Notes: a model not told the origin generated them from the letters alone. Positions 1 to 14,953 are shown, counted from the stretch's first letter. The stretch is DNA of 64,000 nucleotides from Eledone cirrhosa (GCA_964016885.1 OZ024741.1:4092001-4156000); one strand, 5' to 3'. Made by a program: numbers and translations.

Positions 1-1000
1 CCTGCGGTTGGGGTTGTCCGTCCTGGGGTAGTTAGCATCACGTCTGAGACTGCTACTCATATTGTGCTCCATCTCGTGGTCAAGCGCACTAGTCCCCACC
101 GCCCGTGTGGTGGTGTCTGGTACATGGTGCCTATTTGATTTTGCTCTGCCTGTATTGTTAGGGTTCGCCCTCCCCCCTCTGGTAACGCGGTTGTGGGTGT
201 CTGTTGGGCTATCCACCTCCCGGCTTTTCGGACTATATGTTATATTTTGTCCATGTGCCGCCTTCTTTAGAGCTGCGTTGTAATATTCCGCGTGGTTGTT
301 GAATATTTCCTTACTTGCGGACAGGCTGGAGATCCTGTCCGAGACACTCTTCACCACTGCCTTGGTTATGGATCTAGGGTGGTTTGATTTGGCGTTAACA
401 TATACTAGTTTCTTGTTGGGCTTGTGGTAGGGGTAGTATTGCTCGGTGTTCAGGTTTAGGGTGGTGTCTAGGAAGTTAACTACCTTCCTATTTGGGTCTA
501 TTTCTATGCTGAGCCCCTGGTTCTTAAAGAAATGGTGAATACGCCTCCTCATACCCTCCAACATATTGGTGCTGTGGTCATGTACTGTGAATAGAGCATC
601 GTCACGATATAATCCGCCGCCCAGGCAGGGGATTTCATCTTTTATCTGCTTCAGCAGGTAGAGCCCAACCAGGTCCGTTACCTGCGCTGAGTCGCTGGAG
701 CCCATCGTGATGTCAAAGTTATTTGGCCAATCACTCTATACTTTCTGTTATCTTCACGGCCCGGATTTGTGGGGTGGTTGTTGTCTGCCCCGGGAGATCC
801 ATCGTGGGGTGGTCGCCCGTTTCCTCGCCGCCCACGTGTCCTGCGGTTGGGGTTGTCCGTCCTGGGGTAGTTAGCATCACGCCTGAGACTGCTACTCATA
901 TTGTGCTCCATCTCGTGGTCAAGCGCACTAGTCCCCACCGCCCGTGTGGTGGTGTCTGGTACATGGTGCCTATTTGATTTTGCTCTGCCTGTATTGTTAG
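1..1000 (-). mobile_element. Penelope-like element fragment (RT C-terminal half plus linker), partially tandem-duplicated
   Basis: Minus strand from ~724 reads [23 protein letters not shown]...GGLYRDDAL...VNFLDTTLNL...YVNAKSNHP, typical Penelope RT motifs. 1-161 is repeated at 840-1000. Confidence 0.85.
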
Positions 1001-3667
<2,667 letters not shown>

Positions 3668-4513
3668 TATTAAAATATAGAGAAAAATACTGCAGGTAGC
3701 ACATGGTAACATGTAATAAAATACGTCCCTCATCAGTGATTTGCCGAAGATCATAGATATTTCATTGCATTAAAAATCATATATCTCACTTCGGTGCAAT
3801 AATAACCAAAATAAGTTATTAGGACAATTAAAACGTGTAAAGCGAGTGAGACAGGAGAACAACAGAAAATATAGCATACCGTGGGAGAGAAACAAGCTTC
3901 AAAAATTATTCTGTTAGCGTAAGCTAGGTGAATATATGAGCGCTTAGAGAATAGTGCCAGCACGAACGAAGGTCATTGAGCAGAGAGAGAAAAAATAGCG
4001 TCCGTGAGTGCAGGATGAAATGAAGAGAAGAGGGAGAAAAACAGTGAGTGAGTGAAAGTGTGAGGAAGAGTTAACGGACAAGACAGAGGGGGAGAAACAG
4101 AGAGAATGGGGGAACAGTAAGAGAGAGAGAAAAAAACACAGAATCGCAGTGGTAAATATATGTATTAAAATATAGAGAAAAATACTGCAGGTAGCACATG
4201 GTAACATGTAATAAAATACGTCCCTCATCAGTGATTAGCCGAAGATCATAGATATTTCATTGCAGTAAAAATCATATATCTCACTTCGGTGCAATAATAA
4301 CCAAAATAAGTTATTAGGACAATTAAAACGCGTAAAGCGAGTGAGACAGGAGAACAACAGAAAATATAGCATACCGTGGGAGAGAAACAAGCTTCAAAAA
4401 TTATTCTGTTAGCGTAAGCTAGGTGAATATATGAGCGCTTAGAGAATAGTGCCAGCACGAACGAAGGCCATTGAGCAGAGAGAGAAAAAATAGCGTCCGT
4501 GAGTGCAGGATGA
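3668..4513. repeat. ~1.7 tandem copies of a 495-bp unit, possibly a pLTR/retrozyme-like repeat
   Basis: Sequence from 3668 recurs from 4163 with few substitutions. Both ends run into (TA)n. Confidence 0.85.
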
Positions 4514-4527
4514 TATATATATCTATA

Positions 4528-4568
<41 letters not shown>

Positions 4569-4855
4569 ATATATATATATATATATATATATCTATATAT
4601 ATATATATATATATATATCTATATATATATATATATATATATCTATATATATATATATATATCTATATATATGTATCTATATATATCTCTATATATATAT
4701 CTATATATATATGTATATATATATATCTATATATATATATATATATATATATCTATATATATATATCTATATATATATATATATATATATATATCTATAT
4801 ATATATATATATATATATATCTATATATATATATATATATCTATATATATATATA

Positions 4856-4900
<45 letters not shown>

Positions 4901-5717
4901 CTATATATCTATCTATATATATATATATATATATATCTATCTATATATATATATATCTATCTATCTATATATATATCTCTCTATATATATATATCTCTCT
5001 ATATATATATATATCTATATATATATATATATATCTATATATATATATATCTCTATATATATATCTATCTATCTATATATATATCTATCTATATATATAT
5101 ATCTATCTATATATATATCTATCTATCTATATATATCTATCTATCTATATATCTATCTATATATATATATCTATCTATCTATATATCTATCTATCTATAT
5201 ATCTATCTATATATATATCTATCTATATATATATATCTATCTATATATATATATCTATCTATCTATATATATATATATATCTATATATATATATATATCT
5301 ATATATATATATCTATCTATATATATATATCTATATATATCTATATATCTATATATATCTATATATATATATCTTTATATATATATCTATCTATCTATAT
5401 ATATATATCTATCTATATATATATCTATCTATCTATATATATATCTATCTATCTATCTATATCTATCTATCTATCTATCTATATATATCTATCTATATCT
5501 ATCTATCTATATCTATCTATCTATATCTATCTATCTATCTATATCTATCTATCTATCTATATCTATCTATATATATATATATATATAGATATATAGATAT
5601 ATATATAGATATATATATATATATATAGATATATATATATATATATAGATATATATATATATATATAGATATATATATATATATGATATATATATATATA
5701 TGATATATATATATATA

Positions 5718-5802
<85 letters not shown>

Positions 5803-6109
5803 TATATATATATATATATAGATATATATAGATATATATATATATATATATATATATCTCTATATATATATATATATCTCTATATATATATATATCTCTC
5901 TATATATATATATCTCTATATATATATCTATCTCTATATATATATCTATCTCTATATATATATCTATCTCTATATATATATCTATCTATATATATAGATA
6001 TATATATATATAGATATATATATATATATAGATATATATATATATAGATATATATATATATATAGATATATATATATAGATATATATATATAGATATATA
6101 TATATAGAT

Positions 6110-6144
<35 letters not shown>

Positions 6145-6297
6145 TATATATATATAGATATATATATATAGATATATATACAGATATATATATATCTCTA
6201 TATATATATAGATATAGATATATATATATAGATATATATATATATAGATATAGATATATAGATATATATATATATAGATATATAGATATAGATATAT

Positions 6298-6331
<34 letters not shown>
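4514..6331. repeat. Compound (TA)n/(TCTA)n/(TAGA)n microsatellite
   Basis: Directly visible. Confidence 0.97.
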
Positions 6332-6337
<6 letters not shown>

Positions 6338-6993
6338 GGTAGCCACGGAGTAGGCAGACCCAGAAAAACATGGGACGAGCTGATAAATTCCGACCTCACA
6401 CGCTTACACCTCTCCAAGACAATGTCACTGGACCGAGACCTTTGGCGGTACTCAGTAATAGAGAAGACCCGCCTTACCTAAATACAAAGTAAAAACCTAC
6501 TACAGTCAGTAGGCATCTCTATCAAAACACACCCCCGTCCCACCACCTCCACCCCACCCACACCGCCCCTTTCAATGTAAAGTTATGTTGGTCCCACAAC
6601 ATCCAGGCCGAAACAAATGAGATCGTGTAGGTGTCACGACAAAAAACACACAGTCCACGCTGTAAATGTGGCCGTGTAGGCAACACGGTAAAAACCTCCC
6701 AGCCCCACACTGTAAATGTGGTTGGTGTTAGGAAGGGCATCCAGCTGTAGAAAACCCGCCAGACAGTCCACGCTGTAATGTGGCCGTGTAGGCAACACGG
6801 TAAAAACCTCCCAGCCCCACACTGTAAATGTGGTTGGTGTTAGGAAGGGCATCCAACTGTAGAAAACCCGCCAGACAGTCCTATGCGAGCAAGACAACCA
6901 CTCTTGCCTCAAGTGGGAAAACCCCCGTCCAAACCCATGCAAGCGTGGAACACGGACGCTAAACCTGATGATGATGATGATGATGATGATGAT
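6332..6993 (+). mobile_element. 5'-truncated RTE LINE (ORF end, 3' UTR, (TGA)n tail)
   Basis: Reads [17 protein letters not shown]...LWR. UTR has GGAAGGGCATCCAGCTGTAGAAA and a (TGA)n tail at 6966-6993. Near-identical to the reverse complement of 12057-12715. Confidence 0.9.
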
Positions 6994-7219
6994 ATATTTC
7001 GTTTCTGAATTTGTTTAGCAAGATTCTTTATCTGAAATCGTGTGTTGAAACCGATATTGTTATACTTTGGGAGGGTCATGTTGCCAATAAGAAACACACG
7101 CACCAGTTGCTTTCACTTCAATTTATTATATATTTATAAATTTATAAATTTACAAATCTACAAACTTATAAATTTCTGGTTGGTTGGTTGGTTCCACAAC
7201 CAGATAGTTGTTTATATAT

Positions 7220-7264
7220 AGTCATAGTCCTTTCGTCACACACTCTGTGACCTCTTCAGTGACT
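7220..7264 (-). ncRNA. Minimal type I hammerhead ribozyme (Penelope pLTR)
   Basis: Minus strand AGUCA-CUGAAGA-G-GUCACA(GAGUG)UGUGAC-GAAA-GGAC-UA-UGACU. Stems I and II pair; stem III is reduced to a short loop. Confidence 0.65.
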
Positions 7265-7486
7265 GGGGATTCCTTTCTTTGTTTCTGTGCCTTTCCTTTC
7301 TTCTGTCCTACGCCATTTTGTTTCTGTGTGTGTGTTGTGTGCTCAGTTTGCGCATGCGCCACATCCGGGTGTCTGTGTGTGTTTGTGTTCATTTATCTAT
7401 TTGTTTATTTATTTATTTATTTATTTATTTACATGTTGTTGGTTGGTTGTTTGTTCTATGTGCGTGTGTGTGTTTTCATTTTGTCC

Positions 7487-7932
7487 TTAATTGTAAGTTG
7501 TGATGTTGCTGTTCCACTCATATTTTCTATTTAATTTTGGTTGTAATTCTTTTATGCTTACTGCCTCTGTAATTTGCCTAAACATTGCATCTTTTCTGTG
7601 TGTGGATTCTATTTTTATTTCTATGTTCTCTAATTTACCCTTGTGCTCTATCTTAGCATGTTGGTAGAGCACAGATGATTCTTTATTATCTTGAAGGTTT
7701 CGCCAGTGTTCATTTATTCGTTCCCCTATACTACGAGCTGTCTCACCTATGTACACTATATTTTTGTTTCTACATTGTCCTTCAGTACATCTTATGCTAT
7801 ACACTACATTTCTAGTTTTACAGTTAATATGGGGGCTTATTTTACAGGTTATACATTTCTTATCTATACATGAGGGTCTTTGGAACGGGTATGTCTTGCT
7901 AATAAGTGTTTTTACGGAGGTACCTGGTCTTT
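7487..7932 (-). CDS. Penelope GIY-YIG endonuclease domain (5'-truncated)
   Basis: CITC..CKTRNVVYSIRC..YIGETARSIGERINEH..HAKIEH..RQITEAVSI..PKLNRKYE. The annotated ATG at 7969 lies in unrelated inverted pLTR sequence. Confidence 0.85.
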
Positions 7933-8375
7933 TACAATATATAAACAGTTTTATAAATAAATTTGACATACCTTAAAAAATTTTACAACTTCCATTTAAA
8001 AAGTTGTTATGGTAGTCATAACAACCATAACTATCATAACTACCATAACATGACTACCATAACTACCATAACTATCATAACTACCATAACATGACTACCA
8101 TAACAACTTTTTAAATGGAAGTTGTAAAATTGTTTAAGGTATGTCAAATTTATTTATAAAACTGTTTATATATTGTATTTTGTCTGAAGAGGGCATACCA
8201 TATTTTTAATATGATATCCCTGAAATATATATAATGAAATAAATATGGTTTTATAAATGTAGTTTCCATTTGTTTAATATCGTAAAATACTCCAAAATCT
8301 GTTGAGTGCTTTTATATCAGTTATAAAATATTTACTCGTTGTAACCCAACAATTTTAAATAAAACTTTTGCATAT
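7933..8375 (+). mobile_element. Penelope pLTR fragment with inverted (fold-back) 5' duplication
   Basis: 7933-8019 is the inverted copy of 8091-8177, separated by (TACCATAAC)-type repeats. ~8140-8285 matches the 3' UTR of the Penelope at 15781-18295. Confidence 0.75.
8172..8244 (+). ncRNA. Minimal type I hammerhead ribozyme
   Basis: AUUUUGU-CUGAAGA(8184-8190)-GGG..CAUAUU(UUU)AAUAUG..CCC-U-GAAA(8222-8225)-UAUAUA-UA-AUGAAAU, with a palindromic stem III. Predicted cut after 8233. Confidence 0.7.
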
Positions 8376-8407
<32 letters not shown>

Positions 8408-8810
8408 TATATATATATAGAGAGAGAGATATATATATATAGAGAGAGAGATATATATATATATAGAGAGAGAGATATATATATATATAGAGAGAGAGAG
8501 AGATATATATATATAGAGAGAGATATATATATATATATAGAGATATATATATATAGAGATATATATATATATATATATATATAGATATATATATATAGAT
8601 ATATATATATATATATATAGAGATATATATATATATATATAGAGATATATATATATATATATATAGAGAGATATATATATATATATAGAGAGATATATAT
8701 ATATATATAGAGAGATATATATATATATATAGAGAGATATATATATATATATATAGAGAGATATATATATATATATATATATAGATATATATATATATAT
8801 ATATAGAGAT

Positions 8811-9003
8811 ATAGGAACCAGTAAGACCCCGACAGCTGAGCTCAAGCCGTTTCGACGGCTAATTCTGGACTGAATTAGCCGTCGAAACGGCTTGAGCTCA
8901 GCTGTCGGGGTCTTACTGGTTCCTATTACCCACTCTACTACCTCAAGTATTGAGTACTTTGGTGCGTTATGGTCCACCTGGTTCCTTACCACATTTCCTT
9001 CGT
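8811..9003 (+). mobile_element. pLTR-like fragment carrying a hammerhead 3' half, with a perfect 55-bp inverted duplication
   Basis: Arms 8811-8865 and 8872-8926 with loop TGGACT. GAAACGGC-ttgagctca-GCTGTC^GGGG fits stem III plus a GUC site. Confidence 0.6.
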
Positions 9004-9036
9004 TATATAGAGATATATATATATATATATATATAG

Positions 9037-9071
<35 letters not shown>

Positions 9072-9126
9072 TATATATATATATATATATATAGATATAT
9101 ATATAGATATATATATATATATATAT

Positions 9127-9171
<45 letters not shown>

Positions 9172-9387
9172 TATATATATATATAGAGAGGGATATATAT
9201 ATAGAGAGAGAGAGATATATATAGAGAGATATATATATATATATATATAGATATATATATATAGAGATATATATATATAGAGATATATATATATATATAT
9301 ATATATAGATATATATATATATATATATATAGATATATATATATAGATATATATATATAGATATATATATATATATATATATAGATA

Positions 9388-11736
9388 TAGGTAGATGAAG
9401 CAGTCAAGGCCAAGAGACAGGCATGGAAAGAATGGAAGAACGGGGGGAGCAGGGTACATTACATAGAGACCAAGAGGGAAGCTAGGCGACAAGTATACTT
9501 AGCTAGGAGGGAAGCAGAGGATAGAAAATTCAAGCATGTTTTACAACGTGAGGACCAGAAACAGGAGGTATTCAAGATTGCGAGGCAGTGTGTCAGAGAT
9601 AGTTGTGATGTCATTGGAGAGAAGTGTATCCGGAATGATAAAGGTGAGCTTGCCCTCACAAGTGCTGAGAAGAAAGATGCATGGAAGAGTCATTATGATA
9701 GATTACTAAATGAGGAGAATGCATGGGAAGAGACCCTACCCCACGTAGACCCTATAGAGGGACCAGCAGTACAAGTCAGCGGCAGCGTAGTAAGTAAGGC
9801 AATCAGAGATATGAAGATAGGGAAGGCAACCGGTCCATCGGGTATAGCTGCCGAGATGCTGAAGGCATCTGGGTCTGTAGGTCACACTATAACCACACGT
9901 ATCGTTAACCAGGTAATACTAGAGGGGGCCATACCAAAAGATTGGTGCAGTAGCATCATTGTCAACTGCTACAAAGGTAAAGGCGATGCACTAGATAGAG
10001 GAAACTATAGAGGTATAAAGTTGATGGACCAGGTCATGAAAGTAACAGAAAGAGTTATAGCACAGCTGATTAGGGACCGGGTGAATATAGACGAGATGCA
10101 ATTTGGGTTTGTACCAGGGAAAGGCACCACTGATGCCCTCTTCCTTGTGAGGCAATTACAGGAAAAGTACCTAGCTAAAAGTAAGCCACTCTACTTGGCA
10201 TTTGTCGACCTTGAGAAAGCCTTTGACAGAGTTCCACGTGCAGTAATCTGGTGGGCTCTTAGAAAACTAGGAGTAGATGAATGGCTTGTGAAAGCGGTAC
10301 AAGCCATGTATAGGGGAGCAGTCAGCAAAGTTAGGATTGGCAATGAGTATAGCGAGGAATTTAGCGTACAGGTTGGGGTCCACCAGGGCTCTGTTCTTAG
10401 CCCTCTCCTGTTCATCATAGTCCTGCAGGCAATAACGGAGGAGTTTAAGACCGGATGCCCATGGGAACTCCTGTATGCTGATGACCTCGCACTCATAGCT
10501 GAATCTATGGTAGAACTAGAGAATAAATTCCAAACCTGGAAGCAGGGACTAGAGAGAAAGGGCCTCAAAGTCAACATGACAAAGACTAAGGTCCTTGTAA
10601 GTAGACGAGAAAACAGAACCCAGATCCCCTCAGGGAAATGGCCTTGCTCAGTATGTAGGAAAGGTGTAGGTAGGAACTCCATTCTCTGCCCCAAATGCAA
10701 ACAATGGGTACACAAGAGATGTAGCGGGATCTCAGGAAGCTTAATTAAGAATGTAGGATTCACATGCAGCAGCTGTGCTGAAACAGCAAGCAAACAGCCA
10801 CAGGAAACAAGTACCACCAATCTCTGGGAGGGCCCTGTAGAAACAGTAGACAGCTTCTGCTACCTAGGTGACCGAATTAGCAACGGAGGTGGGTGCTCAG
10901 AAAGTACAATAACTAGGGTAAGAACGGGATGGAAGAAGTTTAGGGAACTACTACCACTGCTAGCTGCAAAAGGCTTCTCCCTCAGAATGAAAGGCAGACT
11001 GTATGATGCGTGTATCCGAACAGCGATGTTGCATGGTAGTGAGACCTGGGCGCTGAAGGTGGAAGACTTACGTAGATTAGAGAGAAACGAAGCCTGCATG
11101 CTCCGATGGATGTGTAACAGTAATATACGTGAACGACAAAGCATAAAGGAATTGAGAGAGAGACTGAGCATAAGAGGAATCAAATGCTGCGTGCAGGAGA
11201 GGCGGTTACGCTGGTATGGACATGTGATGCGTATGAAGGATGACAGCTGCATAAAAAAGGTGCAGAGCACTAGAAGTTGATGGAAACCGCGGAGTGGGGA
11301 GACCCAAGATGACTTGGGATGAGGTGATAAAAGCCGACCTTACCCAACTACACCTCTCAAAGTCAATGACACACGACCGTGACTTCTGGCGTCACGCAGT
11401 AATACAGGGTACCCGACCTCCCATGGGTACATGCTGAAGCATATAAACAATATGCCCCCCCCCCCACCGCAAGGTGGCCGTGGAGGTGCCACGGCAAAAA
11501 AGCACCCAGCCCACACTGTAAAGTGGACGTGTAGGCGCCACGAAAAAGCACCCAGCACTCACTGTAAATGAGGTTGGTGTTAGGAAGGGCATCCAGCTGT
11601 AGAAATCAAGCCAGATCAGTTCCTGTATGAGCAAGGCATGGTCAGCCGACCAGACACTGCCCACAACAGGACAACCCGTCTAACCCATGCTAGCGTGGAA
11701 GAACGGACGTAAAACGGTGATGATGATGATGATGAT
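9388..11736 (+). mobile_element. 5'-truncated RTE LINE
   Basis: RT ORF, GRPxxxW C-terminus in a shifted frame, 3' UTR, and (TGA)n tail at 11718-11736. Confidence 0.93.
9391..11280 (+). CDS. RTE reverse transcriptase with internal PHD-like zinc finger (5'-truncated; frameshift in an A-run near 11255)
   Basis: [83 protein letters not shown]. The frame is open upstream of the ATG at 9811. Confidence 0.9.
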   Translation, partial: VDEAVKAKRQAWKEWKNGGSRVHYIETKREARRQVYLARREAEDRKFKHVLQREDQKQEVFKIARQCVRDSCDVIGEKCIRNDKGELALTSAEKKDAWKSHYDRLLNEENAWEETLPHVDPIEGPAVQVSGSVVSKAIRDMKIGKATGPSGIAAEMLKASGSVGHTITTRIVNQVILEGAIPKDWCSSIIVNCYKGKGDALDRGNYRGIKLMDQVMKVTERVIAQLIRDRVNIDEMQFGFVPGKGTTDALFLVRQLQEKYLAKSKPLYLAFVDLEKAFDRVPRAVIWWALRKLGVDEWLVKAVQAMYRGAVSKVRIGNEYSEEFSVQVGVHQGSVLSPLLFIIVLQAITEEFKTGCPWELLYADDLALIAESMVELENKFQTWKQGLERKGLKVNMTKTKVLVSRRENRTQIPSGKWPCSVCRKGVGRNSILCPKCKQWVHKRCSGISGSLIKNVGFTCSSCAETASKQPQETSTTNLWEGPVETVDSFCYLGDRISNGGGCSESTITRVRTGWKKFRELLPLLAAKGFSLRMKGRLYDACIRTAMLHGSETWALKVEDLRRLERNEACMLRWMCNSNIRERQSIKELRERLSIRGIKCCVQERRLRWYGHVMRMKDDSCIKKVQSTRS

Positions 11737-11738
11737 AT

Positions 11739-11777
<39 letters not shown>

Positions 11778-11934
11778 TATATATATATATAGAGATATAT
11801 ATATATAGATATATATATATATATATATATATATAGATATATAGATATATATAGATATATATATATATAGATATATATATATATATATATATAGAGATAT
11901 ATATATATAGAGATATATATATATATATATATAT

Positions 11935-11987
<53 letters not shown>

Positions 11988-12056
11988 TATATATATAGAT
12001 ATATATATATATAGAGATATATATATATATAGATATATATATAGATATATATATAT

Positions 12057-14031
12057 ATCATCATCATCATCATCATCATCAGGTTTAGCGTCCGTGTTCC
12101 ACGCTTGCATGGGTTTGGACGGGGGTTTTCCCACTTGAGGCAAGAGTGGTTGTCTTGCTCGCATAGGACTGTCTGGCGGGTTTTCTACAGTTGGATGCCC
12201 TTCCTAACACCAACCACATTTACAGTGTGGGGCTGGGAGGTTTTTACCGTGTTGCCTACACGGCCACATTACAGCGTGGACTGTCTGGCGGGTTTTCTAC
12301 AGCTGGATGCCCTTCCTAACACCAACCACATTTACAGTGTGGGGCTGGGAGGTTTTTACCGTGTTGCCTACACGGCCACATTTACAGCGTGGACTGTGTG
12401 TTTTTTGTCGTGACACCTACACGATCTCATTTGTTTCGGCCTGGATGTTGTGGGACCAACATAACTTTACATTGAAAGGAGCGGTGTGGGTGGGGTGGAG
12501 GTGGTGGGACGGGGGTGTGTTTTGATAGAGATGCCTACTGACTGTAGTAGGTTTTTACTTTGTATTTAGGTAAGGCGGGTCTTCTCTATTACTGAGTACC
12601 GCCAAAGGTCTCGGTCCAGTGACATTGTCTTGGAGAGGTGTAAGCGTGTGAGGTCGGAATTTATCAGCTCGTCCCATGTTTTTCTGGGTCTGCCTACTCC
12701 GTGGCTACCGTCTATCTTTATTGCCCTGCACTTTGTTATACAGCTGTCGTCTTTCATGCGCATCACGTGACCGTACCAACGTAGCCTTCTCTCGAGTAAA
12801 CAACATCTGATCCCTCTTATTTCTAATTTTTTCCTTAGTTCGTTTATGCTTTGCCGTTCACGTATATATTGCACATCCAGCGGAGCATGCAAGCTTCGTT
12901 CCTCTCTAGTCTGCGTATATCCTCTGCACACAATGCCCAGGTCTCACTGCCATGCAGCATTGCTGTTCGTATGCAGGCATCGTATAACCTGCCTTTCATT
13001 TTTAGGGAGAACCCTCTAGCGGCTAATAGTGGTATAAGCTCTCTGAACTTTTTCCATCCAGTTCTGACTCTAGCTACTGTACTTTCAGAGCACCCTCCCC
13101 CACTGCTGATTTTGTCACCCAGATAACGGAAGCTGTCCACTATTTCTATAGAACCCTCTGCGCAGTTGAAGGAGCTAGTATTTTGTGGGCACTTGCTGCT
13201 ACTTATTGCACCAGAGCACCGGCCACATGTAAAATCTATGTTCTTAGTTAGCTTACCTGTGATCCCACTACATCTTTTATGCACCCATACTTTGCATTTG
13301 GGACATAAAATGGAGTTTCTACCTACGCCTTTCCTACACACTGAGCATGGCCATTTCCCCGATGGGACCGCCGCCTTATTTTCTTTCCTACAAACTAGAA
13401 CTTTAGTCTTAGCCAGGTTAATTTTAAGGCCTTTTGATTCTAGGCCGTGCTTCCACGTTTGGAATTTCTTCTCTAGTTCGGTCATTGATTCAGCTATGAG
13501 CGTTAGATCATCTGCGTATAGGAGTTCCCATGGGCAGCCGGTCTTGAACTCCTCTGTTATAGCCTGAAGGGCAATAATAAATAGTAGGGGGCTAAGAACA
13601 GAGCCCTGATGGACACCAACTTTTACGCTAAACTCTTCACTATATTCGTTGTTAATTCTAACCTTACTGACTGTTTCTTTATACATGGCTTGTATAGCTC
13701 TCACAAGCCATTCGTCAACACCTAGTTTTCTAAGAGACCACCAGATAATGGAACGGGGGACTCTGTCGAAGGCTTTCTCCAAGTCGACGAAAGCTAAGTA
13801 GAGGGGTTTACCTTTAGCTAGGTACTTCTCCTGTAGTTGTCGTACAATGAAAAGAGCGTCTGTGGTACTTTTGCCTGACACAAACCCGAACTGCATTTCA
13901 TCTAGATCAATTCTCTCTCTGATTAGTTGCGCTATTACTTTTTCCGTGACCTTCATGACCTGGTCGATTAATTTAATGCCTATATAGTTACTCCTATCTA
14001 GGGCATCTCCTTTTCCCTTATAGCAGTTAAC
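12057..14031 (-). mobile_element. RTE LINE (second subfamily), tail-to-tail with the preceding RTE
   Basis: RT ORF 12844-14031 plus frameshifted C-terminus 12566-~12860. (TGA)n tail at 12057-12081. Confidence 0.93.
12566..14031 (-). pseudogene. RTE reverse transcriptase with PHD-like finger, one frameshift near 12860
   Basis: Same RT motifs as 9391-11280. Homology starts at VNCYKGKG. Confidence 0.88.
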
Positions 14032-14423
14032 GCGCCTACTAATCAAAATGCATAGGCGAATCACGCAAACCCGTGCGGGGCCGGTCGAAGGCACACGATG
14101 CCCGTCGGCCTCCCGGCCAACGTTGCGTCCTCGAACTACTCTAAACGCATCACGGAGCCGGCGATAGCTTTAAGAGTCTAAACCGTCTGCGTCCGTAGCC
14201 TAACCTAATTATCTAGTCTAACGCACCGTTGCTCGCCCTGCGACGGGTGGTCCGGAGTTCCTAGGAACTTCCCTTCCCAAGCGTTTTTAAACTACGCTAA
14301 CTACCGGGACGCCCTCGTCATCGCCCGTGACGAGGCATTTGGAGTCCTCGAACTAATCTAAACGCATCACGGAGCCGGCGATAGCTTTAAGAGTCTAAAC
14401 CGTCTGCGTCCGTAGCCTAACCT
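14032..14423 (-). other. GC-rich, hairpin-rich leader fused to the RTE, containing an ~80-bp direct repeat
   Basis: 14127-14206 repeats at 14344-14423. Several clear stem-loops. Probably the element's 5' UTR joined by an internal deletion. Confidence 0.5.
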
Positions 14424-14513
14424 ATATATATATATATAGATATATATATAGATATATATATATATAGAGATATATATATATATAGATATATATATAGATA
14501 TATATATATATAG

Positions 14514-14548
<35 letters not shown>

Positions 14549-14553
<5 letters not shown>

Positions 14554-14819
14554 AAGTTAAATAAAAGTCAAATGATTAAAATTTAGCTTCGTTTATTACT
14601 GCTATATATATTTCAGTGACAGCCATCTTTGGCTGTGACCTCTTCAGGCAGTCACTGAAATATATATAGCAGTAATAAACGAAGCTAAATTTTAATCATT
14701 TGACTTTTATTTAACTTTATTTTACACTACTCCGGAGTAACCAAACCAACCTGCGCACTTCGTCGAGTGCTCCAGCCTGCATACTGAGGTGTTGGTATAC
14801 AACCAACATAAACTCAAAA

Positions 14820-14821
<2 letters not shown>
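14549..14821. mobile_element. Penelope pLTR fold-back (head-to-head inverted duplication)
   Basis: 14549-14620 is inverted at 14651-14722. Both outer ends run into (TA)n. Confidence 0.75.
14598..14652 (-). ncRNA. Minimal type I hammerhead ribozyme
   Basis: Minus strand ACUGC-CUGAAGA-GGUCACAGCC(AAAGAU)GGCUGUCACU-GAAA-UAUAUA-UA-GCAGU. Core intact, stems I and II pair, stem III is palindromic. Confidence 0.82.
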
Positions 14822-14861
<40 letters not shown>

Positions 14862-14920
14862 TATATATATATATATATATATATAGATATATATATATAT
14901 AGATATATATATATATATAT

Positions 14921-14953
<33 letters not shown>

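Larger units (their letters stand above)
6998..7932 (-). mobile_element. Penelope-like element 3' part (GIY-YIG endonuclease plus 3' pLTR)
   Basis: GIY-YIG ORF followed by a UTR containing a hammerhead motif. Confidence 0.85.

Noticed and set aside
9811-14094. RTs as a prokaryotic retron, DGR or group II intron system
   Set aside because: Motifs, UTRs and (TGA)n tails are those of RTE non-LTR retrotransposons.
14032-14423. HDV-like ribozyme call for the RTE leader
   Set aside because: Could not assign P1/P1.1/P2/P3 by eye; kept only as an unexplained structured segment.
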